32,000 nt of DNA from NCBI GenBank assembly GCA_030167145.1, contig CP126532.1, positions 4,620,001 to 4,652,000 of the forward strand. Direction: 5' to 3'. The stretch's first letter is position 1. Each line of letters starts with the position of its first letter. The stretch comes from Ktedonobacterales bacterium. GTDB taxonomy: Bacteria > Chloroflexota > Ktedonobacteria > Ktedonobacterales > JADMIN01. The position numbers were made by a program, and so were the translations under genes. The notes below the pieces were generated by a model. That model did no database searches and had not been told where the DNA came from. It saw only the letters and a list, made by a program, of their open reading frames with translations. Positions 8,217 to 16,686 of this stretch are shown here, piece by piece.

Positions 8217-8395
8217 ATCGTCCTCACAATCGTCGGAAACCTGGGCCGTGCCAACGCGCCCGCCCGATTTGAGCTGTCAGTCGTTCGTTCTCGATGAAGG
8301 AAAAATGAGACCGGTGGGCGAGACTCGCCTCGCCCTTCTGCCCCCTAGATCACTCGCGAGCCAGTGTGGATGTGCTCGCGTTCAATGCGCTTCGC

Positions 8396-8740
8396 TTACG
8401 GATTCGCGCCGTGACCTGGCTGGGCAGATGTGCCCGACATAGGCATGCCACTGACCTCACTAAAGATGATCTCACCATCGTGCCACTCTGGGTCGCTTTC
8501 CAGCAGCGCACGCATCTGCCGGTAGCGTGCATCCTGTTGGGGATCACGGGCGTTGGCCCAATACGTATCTTTGGTGTCGAAGACCACCGCCATGTAACAC
8601 TCGTTTGGATCGGAATCCATCTGATACACAAAGGTGCCGACAAAGCCCGGGATGTTGAGCGACTGGTACTGCTGGTTGACTTGCTGCATCTGCTGCGCTG
8701 TGCCCGGCTTCATGCGAATTCGCGCCACGGTTCCGTACAT
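8396..8740 (-). CDS. antibiotic-biosynthesis-monooxygenase (ABM/Dabb)-like small protein
   Basis: MYGTVARIRMKPG...FVGTFVYQMDSDPNECYMAVVF matches the ABM ferredoxin-like pattern. The start was moved to ATG 8740, with GAAGGAG upstream. Confidence 0.55.
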   Translation of the reverse strand: MYGTVARIRMKPGTAQQMQQVNQQYQSLNIPGFVGTFVYQMDSDPNECYMAVVFDTKDTYWANARDPQQDARYRQMRALLESDPEWHDGEIIFSEVSGMPMSGTSAQPGHGANP

Positions 8741-8916
8741 CTGTGTCACTCCTTCTCGTGTGCTGGAATGCTTCGTTGACAATTCTTCTCGTTGCATCAC
8801 TGACGTGTACGCGCTACATGCCTACCCTACGCGAATACGAGTCGCGCTCCATACAACGGCGACACACCTATAACCGCATGTTCCCGGCCACGCACTGCCT
8901 TGTCAGATACGCCGAT

Positions 8917-9711
8917 TTAGCGGATGCCGCGCACGGCCCAGGCGCGGGCGATCAATGCGATGGAGCCATCTGGTGCGATGGGCAGGCTCGCGCGGATGCG
9001 TTCGCGCAGGGCCACCCGCCGTTCCTCACTCAGCGACATCGCATAGTTGGGGGCAGGACCCTGGCCGCCAAGGAACGGCGACCAGTAGTCATCGAAATCA
9101 CGAAAGGCAGTTTCCACATCTATCGTAATGGTCTCTACATTATGCAACTCTGCCTCACGAAACAGCGTCGCAAGTGGACTGGGGTGGCAGATCGGGAAAC
9201 GTGTACCTTCGTCGAGCATGCGCGCCGCCGGATCAAGCGCGACTGCGGCATCCCAAAAATAGCGCATGAACTGCATCTTACCCGCGTAATCCCAAACATA
9301 CGCCGCCATTGTGCCACCCAGGCGTGTCACGCGAACCAGCTCTGCGACCGCTGACACCGGTTCAGGCACGAAGTTCAGCATCAAACCAGAGATGACCGCA
9401 TCGTAACTCGCGTCGGCCTCATCCAACGTGGAGGCGGTGCCGAGAGCAAAGCTGGCGCGCGTGTCGGCGATATGCTCGCGGGCATAGGCAAGATACTCTT
9501 CGGACGGGTCCACTCCGCGCACTGCTGTCGGCGCAGCCATTTGCAGCGTCGTCACGGTGAGCAGTCCCGTCCCGCAGCCGACATCGAGCCAGCGCGCGCC
9601 GGGCGCGATGCCGAGCCACGCCAGAAATCGCGGCGCGACCAATCGGCTCCATCGTCCTACATACGACTCATACGCCCTGCCACTTGTCCACGTGTCGTGC
9701 GCCTGGCTCAT
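8917..9711 (-). CDS. class I SAM-dependent methyltransferase
   Basis: Motif I WLDVGCGTG, followed by an acidic residue after the beta-2 region. Length is 264 aa. Confidence 0.8.
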   Translation of the reverse strand: MSQAHDTWTSGRAYESYVGRWSRLVAPRFLAWLGIAPGARWLDVGCGTGLLTVTTLQMAAPTAVRGVDPSEEYLAYAREHIADTRASFALGTASTLDEADASYDAVISGLMLNFVPEPVSAVAELVRVTRLGGTMAAYVWDYAGKMQFMRYFWDAAVALDPAARMLDEGTRFPICHPSPLATLFREAELHNVETITIDVETAFRDFDDYWSPFLGGQGPAPNYAMSLSEERRVALRERIRASLPIAPDGSIALIARAWAVRGIR

Positions 9712-9772
9712 ATGCAGTCGCGCTCCTTACGCAGAATTGATGCACAATTGCGCCGTTCTGACCGCCATCATG

Positions 9773-10585
9773 CTAGCGCAGCCCTTCGAAGAGATCACGC
9801 TCGATAGCTCTGCCGCTAGTGACCTGGCTATACACGCGGTAATACGTCTGCTCGCCCCAAATGGTCAGATAGCGTTCGTCCGGCTGGCTGACGAGCGCCC
9901 CGTACTCCGGCACCTGCGACGTGTGGCACGATACCGCCGCCAGGATTTGACGCCAGTAGGCGGATGTGTCAATCCGCGTCGTGATCGCCCACTCCGGCCA
10001 GGGCACCGGCGGGCGCGCGACACCATCCACATACATCAGCAGTTCGCCAAAGATATCCTGATAGGTATCGGTCATACGCGCCGACACCGCCATGTAATAG
10101 AGCTTGGCGACGGTGTGCGCCGCCTGCTCCGCTGCGGATGAATCGTCCGCGCTGGCGGCGGCAACCAGCGCGGCGCTGGTGAACTGGCAGATGGCGATGT
10201 GGTCTGGGTGGCCGTAGCCGCCATATGGATCGAATGTCATGACCACCTGCGGGCGGATACGACGGATGTGCCCAGCGAGCAGCGCGACAATCTCGGCGGG
10301 GCGCGCCTGGTCGAGGTCGCCGTCCATGTAGTCCAGCAGGTTCGTCTCGCGCAGACCCAGGACGGCGGTGGCGGCGCGCAGCTCACCCTCGCGGATGCGC
10401 CCCAGCGCTTCAGGGCCGGGATATTCCTGCGGGTTGCCGGTCCAGCCGCGCTGGCCGCGTGTCGCGGTGACAAGATACGTCTCCACGCCCTCCGCCGCAT
10501 ACTTCGCCAGTGTGCCACCTAAGCCAAGCGATTCGTCGTCTGGGTGCGCCAGCACCGCCAGCAATCGTAATGGGGTCGCCACCAT
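9773..10585 (-). CDS. PIG-L/LmbE-family N-acetylglucosaminyl deacetylase
   Basis: Signature motifs LAHPDDESLGLGG and GHPDH. SD (AGGAG) 9 nt before the ATG. Confidence 0.82.
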   Translation of the reverse strand: MVATPLRLLAVLAHPDDESLGLGGTLAKYAAEGVETYLVTATRGQRGWTGNPQEYPGPEALGRIREGELRAATAVLGLRETNLLDYMDGDLDQARPAEIVALLAGHIRRIRPQVVMTFDPYGGYGHPDHIAICQFTSAALVAAASADDSSAAEQAAHTVAKLYYMAVSARMTDTYQDIFGELLMYVDGVARPPVPWPEWAITTRIDTSAYWRQILAAVSCHTSQVPEYGALVSQPDERYLTIWGEQTYYRVYSQVTSGRAIERDLFEGLR

Positions 10586-10923
10586 TGGTAGACACTCCTG
10601 CTAGGCGTCAGCCACCAGCGCTCCCGCATATCACCGGGTATACGGACGCCGCCATCTTGCCAACCAAACGTAATTGCTGTATCGTACTGTATGCCGGAGG
10701 GCATGCGGCGTCAAGGCGTGTCTGGACCTCTACGCATGATTTCCTACATACTGGCTAGACCATTTCACCGCCTCGCCTCGAAGATACGGCTAAACAGTGT
10801 TTCAGATTCCTACTTGTCATTTCCGTGTGATTGATTCTCTTTTCGGGCATAGCGTATGCCGACCACGTTATGCGCCATCTGGCCTAGTCACAGGAGGCGC
10901 ATCATGCGCAGCCACAGCGCGAA

Positions 10924-10932
10924 TGCTACAAT
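10924..10932 (+). promoter_or_regulatory. extended -10 candidate TGcTACAATAG
   Basis: TGn plus TACAAT, 54 nt upstream of the GTG at 10986. TACAATAG also occurs at 13437 and 29074. Confidence 0.35.
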
Positions 10933-10985
10933 AGCGTGGCCGAATCACGACCGAGCACTACCAATGAAAGGTTGAGAAAACGCGC

Positions 10986-12335
10986 GTGGTGACTTTGCAT
11001 TCGCTCAGCAGGAATGTGGCAGACTGGCTGCGGCCAGCAATTGAGCCAACTTCAGAGAAGGATCCAGCGCACCTGCGCCAGCCGCTCCCCATCCGGCGCA
11101 TCGCCGCACAGGCAGCGGGCATGTGGCTGGCCACGCGCGTCGCCTTGCTGCTCATCACGCTGCTAGCGCGGGCATTTGGCTTCGCCCCGCTGGCCCCGGT
11201 TCCGCTCAGTGTGTTCCCGGCCAACCCGCAATATGCGCCGCTCCTGCTGCCACTGCTAGCCCCGCATCCCATTCTGGCAAGTTGGGTTCACTGGGACGCA
11301 AGCTGGTATCTGCTGATCGGCATCCACGGCTACGACATCTTCACCGCCGATTCCACCGGCTTCTTTCCGATGTATCCGCTGCAAATTCGCCTGCTGACGC
11401 TGCTATTTGGAAATGCCGCCGTCTTGCCAGTGGCGCTACTGCTCTCGAATCTGGCGTCGCTGGCAGCGTTCATCGGCCTGGGTCTGCTGGCCGCGCACGA
11501 AGCAGGCCCAGCGAGAGCCCCGACGAATGCCTCCGCGCGGCTCATCAGGGTGACGGCGGCCTATCCGTTCGCCTTCTTCCTCTTCGCGCCCTTCACCGAG
11601 GGATTCTTCCTGGCGTGCGTTGTATTCAGCTTTCTCTGCGCGCGTCGTGGCCACTGGCGCTGGGCGGCGGCCTGCGCCTTCCTCGCCGGACTGACACGCC
11701 CCACCGCTGTCGCGCTCGTGCCCGCGCTGGCGTGGGAATATGGGCGGCAGCGCGGCCTCTGGCAGCGCGCGGCGTGGCGCGCGGGCGCATGGCGCACGAC
11801 GGACCGGCTGCGCACGCTGGCGAAAGGTATCGCCGTCGCGGCGGCGGTGCCGCTTGGCCTGGGCTGCTATCTGCTCTTCCTCGGCCTGCGCTACGGCGAC
11901 CCGATGACCCCATTCACCGCGCAAGATCTCTATCACGGTCACCAGAACTGGCCTGTCTGGCAGACACTCGCGGAACTCATCGGGCGCTTCTTCAGCCCGC
12001 CCGTGTGGCCGCCCGCCGCCGCGCTGCTCTATCTGGATGGCGGTATTCTCATCATCTTCCTGGTTATCACGCTGTTGAATATCCGCCGCCTGCCACTGCT
12101 CTACACGCTCTATATGCTGGCGACGCTCTATCTCTTGCTGGCGACGCCCATCCCCCACCGCAAAGAATTCATCCCATCGGCGGGACGCTACCTGCTGATG
12201 TCCGTGCCGATCTTCCTGCTCTTCTCGCGCTGGATTGAACGATGGCCCTGGCTGGAGATGGTGCTGGTCGGCGGCTGCTTCATGCTGCAAGGTCTCTTTG
12301 TCGTGTTCTTCCTCAACGGCCTCTGGATCGAATGA
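10986..12335 (+). CDS. polytopic membrane glycosyltransferase (PIG-V/GT-C mannosyltransferase-like)
   Basis: About 10 or more hydrophobic segments. WVHWDASWYLLIGIHGYD resembles the WDxxWY..IA..GY motif of bacterial PIG-V-like GT-C enzymes. The start is uncertain (GTG 10986 or ATG 11121). Confidence 0.6.
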   Translation: MVTLHSLSRNVADWLRPAIEPTSEKDPAHLRQPLPIRRIAAQAAGMWLATRVALLLITLLARAFGFAPLAPVPLSVFPANPQYAPLLLPLLAPHPILASWVHWDASWYLLIGIHGYDIFTADSTGFFPMYPLQIRLLTLLFGNAAVLPVALLLSNLASLAAFIGLGLLAAHEAGPARAPTNASARLIRVTAAYPFAFFLFAPFTEGFFLACVVFSFLCARRGHWRWAAACAFLAGLTRPTAVALVPALAWEYGRQRGLWQRAAWRAGAWRTTDRLRTLAKGIAVAAAVPLGLGCYLLFLGLRYGDPMTPFTAQDLYHGHQNWPVWQTLAELIGRFFSPPVWPPAAALLYLDGGILIIFLVITLLNIRRLPLLYTLYMLATLYLLLATPIPHRKEFIPSAGRYLLMSVPIFLLFSRWIERWPWLEMVLVGGCFMLQGLFVVFFLNGLWIE

Positions 12336-12348
12336 GCGCGCGGGTGCG

Positions 12349-13305
12349 TCAGTTGCGGCGCATATTGCTATGTTCCGGCGGCAGGCTACGGCTGATCTGC
12401 GTATATGGCTGCCCATACCACGATCTTCTATCTCTATCCTGAATCCAGCGCAGCACTTTGTTTTCGCTACGCTGATCCAGCGCGCATGGCTCCAGCCCGG
12501 TGCGTCGCTCCACGATGTCCAGGAATGGGACGATAGTTCGGTAGTTGCCGACCCGGTCATCCCAGCGAATCGCCGCGTCGCGGCTAAAGAGCGTATAGCG
12601 CCTGAATCGCGTGATAGACCGTCCATCAGGCTCCTTGCGAAACGAGATCTCGAAGAGCCGTGCGTCCTCCCAGCGCATCTGCTGCGTTCTGCCCCAGCGC
12701 GAAGTCCACGTGATATTCATGTCGTCGGCAACAATTCTAGGCGATCTGCTGATAGCATCGCGCGCCTGATAGCCAATCAGCAGCATTCCGAAAAACATGG
12801 TCGCCGCAAAGAAGGTAAACATCGCAAGTGACAGATGAAATAGATGAAAGGCAGCGTGGCCAGGCGTGATATACGCGCTCACGAACGCGATGAGCACGAA
12901 GATCACGATTGGAATGCCGCCTACCACAGTCATGACCAGCCAAAAGCATCCGTTTACGCGGTCGAATCGGGTTATGCGCTCCACCAGAAAAATTGGCTCG
13001 GCTCCTGGCCTTCCCCTACTTCCCTCGCCAGTGTGTGGCGCATCTTCGCGTCCGTCGAGCACATCCATGCGCCATTCCACGCGCTCACGCGCGAGCCGCG
13101 CTCCGCGCGCCAGCCAGAACGCCGTGGCAGCCAGCGCAATCACCATGCCCAGCGCAAAGAGCCAATCGGCTTGCGGATTCGTGTTGCTGCGTTGATCTTC
13201 CGGCAGCACGATTTGCAGGAATCGCAATGGCAGCACGACAGCGCTAATACCAGTAAGCGCCGCGCCCAACCAGCGCCAGCCCCAATGACGATCAAAATAC
13301 GGCAT
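12349..13305 (-). CDS. hypothetical membrane protein with a C-terminal soluble domain
   Basis: About four TM helices followed by a ~140-aa charged domain. The start was set at the second ATG (13305) because GGGAGGG lies 9 nt upstream of it. Confidence 0.6.
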   Translation of the reverse strand: MPYFDRHWGWRWLGAALTGISAVVLPLRFLQIVLPEDQRSNTNPQADWLFALGMVIALAATAFWLARGARLARERVEWRMDVLDGREDAPHTGEGSRGRPGAEPIFLVERITRFDRVNGCFWLVMTVVGGIPIVIFVLIAFVSAYITPGHAAFHLFHLSLAMFTFFAATMFFGMLLIGYQARDAISRSPRIVADDMNITWTSRWGRTQQMRWEDARLFEISFRKEPDGRSITRFRRYTLFSRDAAIRWDDRVGNYRTIVPFLDIVERRTGLEPCALDQRSENKVLRWIQDRDRRSWYGQPYTQISRSLPPEHSNMRRN

Positions 13306-13433
13306 CTCCAACATCCCTCCCGCACCATTTCTCCCATTCTACTGTACGAGCGGCGATTTGCAAATGATTGGGCTGCCAATGATGCCATACGTTGCCATCT
13401 GTGATCTGCCGCACATCCGCATAACCGGCAAGA

Positions 13434-13442
13434 TGGTACAAT
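13434..13442 (+). promoter_or_regulatory. extended -10 candidate TGgTACAATAG
   Basis: 62 nt upstream of the murI ATG, in a divergent intergenic region. Confidence 0.35.
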
Positions 13443-13503
13443 AGGCGCAGACACCGCATAATGGCGATGCTGTGGGAACGGGCAGTCTTGGGAGGAACGC
13501 GCG

Positions 13504-14427
13504 ATGAGCCAGCAGCGGGCACAGCGAATCGTAGAGACCGTCAGGCCAGCGGGACATCCGCAACCGCAGCCGAATCTCGCGCCAGTCGGCGTCTTCGATT
13601 CCGGCGTGGGTGGCCTGACGATTTTGCATGACCTGCTGCGCGAGCTGCCCGCCGAACGCTACATCTACTTCGGCGACACCGGTAACTGCCCCTATGGGGT
13701 GCGCTCGCAGCGCGAGATCCAGCAACTCTCCATTGCTGCTGGACGCCAGTTGATCGAGCGTGGCGCGAAGATCATCGTCGTTGCGTGCAATACCGCTTCG
13801 GTGTCGGCGCTGGCAGAACTGCGCGCCGTGCTGGGCCAGGAATTCGGTATTCCATTCGTCGGTGTCGTCCCCGCCGTCAAGCCCGCCGCCGAACACACGC
13901 GCACCCGCAAGATTGGCGTCGCGGCGACTGAAGCCTCAGCGCGCGGCGATTACCTAAAGCGTTTGATCGCCGAACACGCGCCTGGTATCGAAGTGCTGGC
14001 GGTGGGCTGCCCGCGCCTGGTGACACTGGCGGAGGCTGGCGTGCTGGAAGGGCCGGAGGCCGAGACAGCGGTGCGCGAATACATTGAGCCGATGCTAGAT
14101 GCTGGAATAGATCAGCTTGTGCTGGGCTGCACGCACTTCCCGGCGATGCGTAGCGTCTTCGAGCGCGTTGCGGGGTCGGCAGTTGAGATTATTGATTCGG
14201 GCGCGGCCATCGCCCGGCGCACCCGTTTCGTCCTGACCGACCGCCACGACCTTGCCGCCCCGGACGGCAACGCCCCCGCCCATCCGCGCCCGCTGGAGCC
14301 GCGTGACGAGTTCTGGTGCAGCGGCGACGCCGAAGCATTCAGCCGCGTCGCGAGCGCCATCCTTGGCATGCCCGTCGCCGCGCGCACCATCCCCGGCATG
14401 CTGGTCGCCCCCGGCAGCATCTCCTAA
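13504..14427 (+). CDS. murI: glutamate racemase
   Basis: Motifs VFDSGVGGLT, VVACNTAS and LGCTHFP, including both catalytic Cys contexts. SD (GGGAGGA). Confidence 0.92.
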   Translation: MSQQRAQRIVETVRPAGHPQPQPNLAPVGVFDSGVGGLTILHDLLRELPAERYIYFGDTGNCPYGVRSQREIQQLSIAAGRQLIERGAKIIVVACNTASVSALAELRAVLGQEFGIPFVGVVPAVKPAAEHTRTRKIGVAATEASARGDYLKRLIAEHAPGIEVLAVGCPRLVTLAEAGVLEGPEAETAVREYIEPMLDAGIDQLVLGCTHFPAMRSVFERVAGSAVEIIDSGAAIARRTRFVLTDRHDLAAPDGNAPAHPRPLEPRDEFWCSGDAEAFSRVASAILGMPVAARTIPGMLVAPGSIS

Positions 14428-14597
14428 ACCCCCCGCCCTCACGGAGTGTACTCCGCAACCGAGAGCGTCCCTGGCAGCGCCTGATGCCCGCCGATCACGC
14501 CAGAGAGCATGCCGAGATGCTCACCGCCTGTGAATCCTCACAGCACGCCATTCCAAATGCCGGAAGTACCACTGCGCTAGGGGCAGCCAGGCAGGGG

Positions 14598-14606
14598 TGT
14601 TATAAT
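14598..14606 (+). promoter_or_regulatory. extended -10 candidate TGtTATAAT
   Basis: Consensus TATAAT with TGn, about 100 nt upstream of the response-regulator ATG. Confidence 0.35.
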
Positions 14607-14707
14607 CGCCCGCAGATACAGGGTGCTCCCGCCTGGCATTGAGCGGTGAGCGATGGCGTCGGGCAGGCTTACGGATGCCGATCCCGCGCGCCAGGAGGCC
14701 TGCGACC

Positions 14708-15355
14708 ATGTCCACGCAGCACGAGCCATTTCGCCGCAAGCAAGGGCGCCACAACGCCAGCAATACCAGATCGCGTGTGTCGCGTGTCAGCCGCCCCGCC
14801 GCGCTACCGGCGCCCGCCGAATCTGACAAGGTGCGCGTGCTAACCGTACCAGCGCGCCATGGCGCGGTCGTCCCGGCTCCGCGCGCAACCGCGCCCGATA
14901 TGCCCTCCACGCAAACGGATGGTGCGCTGGCACTCCTCAATCAACCTCTGCCCGAAATCCTGCCGCTACCCCGACCCACCACAGCCGACCATACGATCCT
15001 GATCGTCGAAGACGACCCTCACGTCGCCAGCGCCATCACCGCCGGATTGGAACTTGAGGGCGAGTCGAATTGGAGCGTTCAGGTGGCAGCGGGTGGGCTG
15101 CGCGCCCTCGAAATCGCACTGGCGACGCCGCCTGATGTTGTGCTGCTCGATGTACGCCTGCCCGACCTGGATGGCGCCGAGGTCTACCGTCGGCTGCGCG
15201 CGGGCCACAAGACCCGCCGCGCGCACATCCTCTTCCTCACCGCAGGCACCGCACTCGATCTCGCCCAGCGCGGCATCGAAGATGGCGTGTTGCTCCGCAA
15301 GCCCTTCGACATGAGCGAGCTAATGGGCTATGTGCGCGCGCTGCTGCAAAAGTAG
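14708..15355 (+). CDS. stand-alone response-regulator receiver protein with a ~95-aa Arg/Pro-rich N-terminal extension
   Basis: The C-terminal ~120 aa has all the receiver hallmarks (IVEDD, VVLLDVRLPDLDG, FLTA, LRKPF). There is no output domain. The start was set at ATG 14708, with AGGAGG 9 nt upstream. Confidence 0.8.
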   Translation: MSTQHEPFRRKQGRHNASNTRSRVSRVSRPAALPAPAESDKVRVLTVPARHGAVVPAPRATAPDMPSTQTDGALALLNQPLPEILPLPRPTTADHTILIVEDDPHVASAITAGLELEGESNWSVQVAAGGLRALEIALATPPDVVLLDVRLPDLDGAEVYRRLRAGHKTRRAHILFLTAGTALDLAQRGIEDGVLLRKPFDMSELMGYVRALLQK

Positions 15356-15378
15356 CTGCACTCACTCTGCTGCCCGCC

Positions 15379-16686
15379 TCATCCCCCAAGAATCGAAGAG
15401 AGACGCAACGCCAGCCACGGATCGCCAGAGATGCTCAGGCGGCGTGTGAAGAGCGCCCGCATCGGATCGAGCCGCTCGCCCGCGATAGCCGCCCAGTCGT
15501 TCGCGGCGCAGCGCAGCGTCAACGCGGGGTTGGCGGCGCGGCCCTGGCGCGTGCGTGCGCCCTCTGGGGTTGGCTCCAAGTACCACGGCTCGGCATCGGT
15601 GAAGTCCCACTGAATTACTGGTACCCGCCGCGACGAGCGCAAATTGACCACCTGTTGCAGGCCGTCGAACAACATCGCCAGGATTTCATCATTGACGTTC
15701 GGTTCAGTCATATTGCCGAAGACGCCCGCGCGCAGCAGCGTGAGCGACCGGCGCGCCTGATTCTCCGGCGTGCCATCGCCGCCAACCTTGACCAGCGCAG
15801 CAACCTCGCGGGGATTGATGCCTGCGCGTTCTAGCTTCGCATTGAGCGAACGCAAACCGAAGATGTAGATGTCTTCCAACTCGAAGCCGAACACACGTAC
15901 CGCATCGTCGCCTAGCTCCGGCGAGACGAAGAGCGAGAGCGACCACGGCAGAATCTTGTTGAGTTGATAGATCACCGCATTGCGGGTGGCGCGTGATGCC
16001 GCGCAGAGTTCACTCAGCACCTGAACGCCGAAGGCCATGTGCCGCGATTCATCCCGCGCGACATGCACCAAGCCAGCAGCCAGGCCGGGCAGCATTCCCA
16101 TGCGTTCCAGATAGGTGCGGATGAAGTGCTGGCCGGGGTGGGCCAGCGCGCCCTCGACGACCAGATGATAGGTCGCGATGCTCTGCGCCAGCAGCACCCG
16201 GTCGTTGGGACGGCGGCGCAGGCGGTCCGTGATGCGATCCAGTTCGCCGAACAACTGGCGAAAACCCCAGGTTAGCTCTGGCCGCGCCGCATCGAGCGTG
16301 CTGGCCAGGTCGTGTCCATCGTGGATCACTTCCTGGAAGAAGCGCGTGAAGAAGACATGGTGGCGCGCCTCATCCACCATCTGTGTGGTGATGAAGACGC
16401 GCTGCTCCTGTGTCGGCACTGCGGCGACGAACGGCGCGAGTGTCCGGGCGACGGCCTCCTCACCATGCAGAAAGAGCGCATAGTTCCACCGCGCGGCTTT
16501 GCGCTGCACGGGGGTGAATCGTTCCCGCCAATCAAGCGCATCCTGCGTGAAATCCACGGCGTAGGCGCTCCAATTATTGGCCTCCCACAAACGATACAGG
16601 CGCGCCACATCAATGGCGGAGCCAGTTGGGCTATCCAGGTCAATTTCAGCCTGGGCGGCGATGCTCGTAGCGGTGTCACTCCTCAT
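15379..16686 (-). CDS. ferritin-like diiron-carboxylate protein (RNR-R2-like) fused to a C-terminal SCP2 sterol/lipid-binding domain
   Basis: Complete E / ExxH / E / ExxH ligand set (HGEEA, VDEARHH, VVEGA, RDESRHM). The last ~95 aa match the SCP2 pattern (IQWDFTD...LTLRCAANDWAAIAGERLDPMRALFTRRLSISGDPWLALRL). The start at ATG 16686 overlaps the cca stop by 11 nt. Confidence 0.75.
   Translation of the reverse strand: MRSDTATSIAAQAEIDLDSPTGSAIDVARLYRLWEANNWSAYAVDFTQDALDWRERFTPVQRKAARWNYALFLHGEEAVARTLAPFVAAVPTQEQRVFITTQMVDEARHHVFFTRFFQEVIHDGHDLASTLDAARPELTWGFRQLFGELDRITDRLRRRPNDRVLLAQSIATYHLVVEGALAHPGQHFIRTYLERMGMLPGLAAGLVHVARDESRHMAFGVQVLSELCAASRATRNAVIYQLNKILPWSLSLFVSPELGDDAVRVFGFELEDIYIFGLRSLNAKLERAGINPREVAALVKVGGDGTPENQARRSLTLLRAGVFGNMTEPNVNDEILAMLFDGLQQVVNLRSSRRVPVIQWDFTDAEPWYLEPTPEGARTRQGRAANPALTLRCAANDWAAIAGERLDPMRALFTRRLSISGDPWLALRLSSILGG

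Noticed and set aside
8301-8380. Two hairpins downstream of the ABM gene (GGGCGAG-N6-CTCGCCC at 8316..8335, and CGCGAGC-N12-GCTCGCG nearer the stop) as terminators
   Set aside because: The T-run on the minus strand is about 10 nt from the hairpin base, which is not a canonical intrinsic terminator geometry. They are kept only as possible RNA structure.
10904-10975. 23-codon mini-ORF with a perfect AGGAGG 6 nt upstream, and an ATGCGCC/GGCGCAT inverted repeat that could occlude the SD
   Set aside because: It is too short to evaluate. It also overlaps the predicted TGcTACAAT promoter of the downstream gene, which would put it outside that transcript. It might be a leader peptide if transcription starts further upstream.
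11123-12626. Long alternate-frame (11123..12238 +) and antisense (11436..12626 -) ORFs over the membrane glycosyltransferase gene
   Set aside because: These are Arg/Ala/Pro-rich high-GC artefacts. The 10986..12335 frame encodes coherent TM helices.
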